A stretch of 64,000 nt of DNA from contig CAJINV010000003.1 in the NCBI GenBank assembly GCA_905178155.1, positions 10,726,298-10,790,297 of the forward strand. Reading direction: 5' to 3'. Of this stretch, positions 63,861 to 64,000 are shown piece by piece; position 1 is the first letter of the stretch, and each line of letters begins with the position of its first letter. The notes beneath the pieces are model-generated. The model was not told the DNA's origin, made no database searches, and saw nothing but the letters and a program-made list of their open reading frames with translations. This DNA is from Amoebophrya sp. A120. Lineage: Eukaryota > Protista > Dinoflagellata. Both the position numbers and the translations under genes were made by a program.

Positions 63861-64000
63861 ACTGGGGCGGACGGACCTCACTCGCAAAACGCTGGGGCGG
63901 ACGGACCTCACTCGCAAAACACTGGGGCGGATGGACCTCACTCGCAAAACACTGGGGCGGATGGACCACGCGCGCAAAACACTGGGGCGGATGGACCACG
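63861..64000 (+). repeat. 30-bp tandem minisatellite running off the window end
   Basis: ACTGGGGCGGA(C/T)GGACCTCACTCGCAAAAC repeated about 4.7 times with no spacers. Confidence 0.95.

Noticed and set aside
63861-64000. CRISPR-like 30-bp repeats
   Set aside because: Head-to-tail tandem repeats without spacers in a eukaryotic context.

Overview
Eukaryotic genomic DNA with a 746-nt assembly gap at 2929-3674. The intron style points to a syndinian dinoflagellate such as Amoebophrya (inference). Host genes are mostly on the + strand: a Rab8/Sec4-like GTPase, a Cys-rich membrane protein, an F-box protein, a three-domain glycosyltransferase, a Dpy-30-like protein and coiled-coil proteins. Many of their introns are non-canonical 'introner' elements that begin TA(T/C), end ATA, have short terminal inverted repeats and sit between 5-bp direct repeats. 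The main result is a 26,200-bp DNA transposon at 11877-38076. It has perfect 142-bp TIRs (TATA...TATA) and a 5-bp target duplication (AGTCG) confirmed by an empty-site paralog at about 38461. It encodes a large hAT-like DDE transposase, a second divergent transposase-like protein, a MepB/PD-(D/E)XK-like nuclease and several unknown cargo genes. Its terminal triplets and TSD length match the introners, so it is a candidate autonomous mobiliser of these introns. Its own genes are interrupted by the same kind of intron. Exon joins and motifs were read by eye; no database searches were run.
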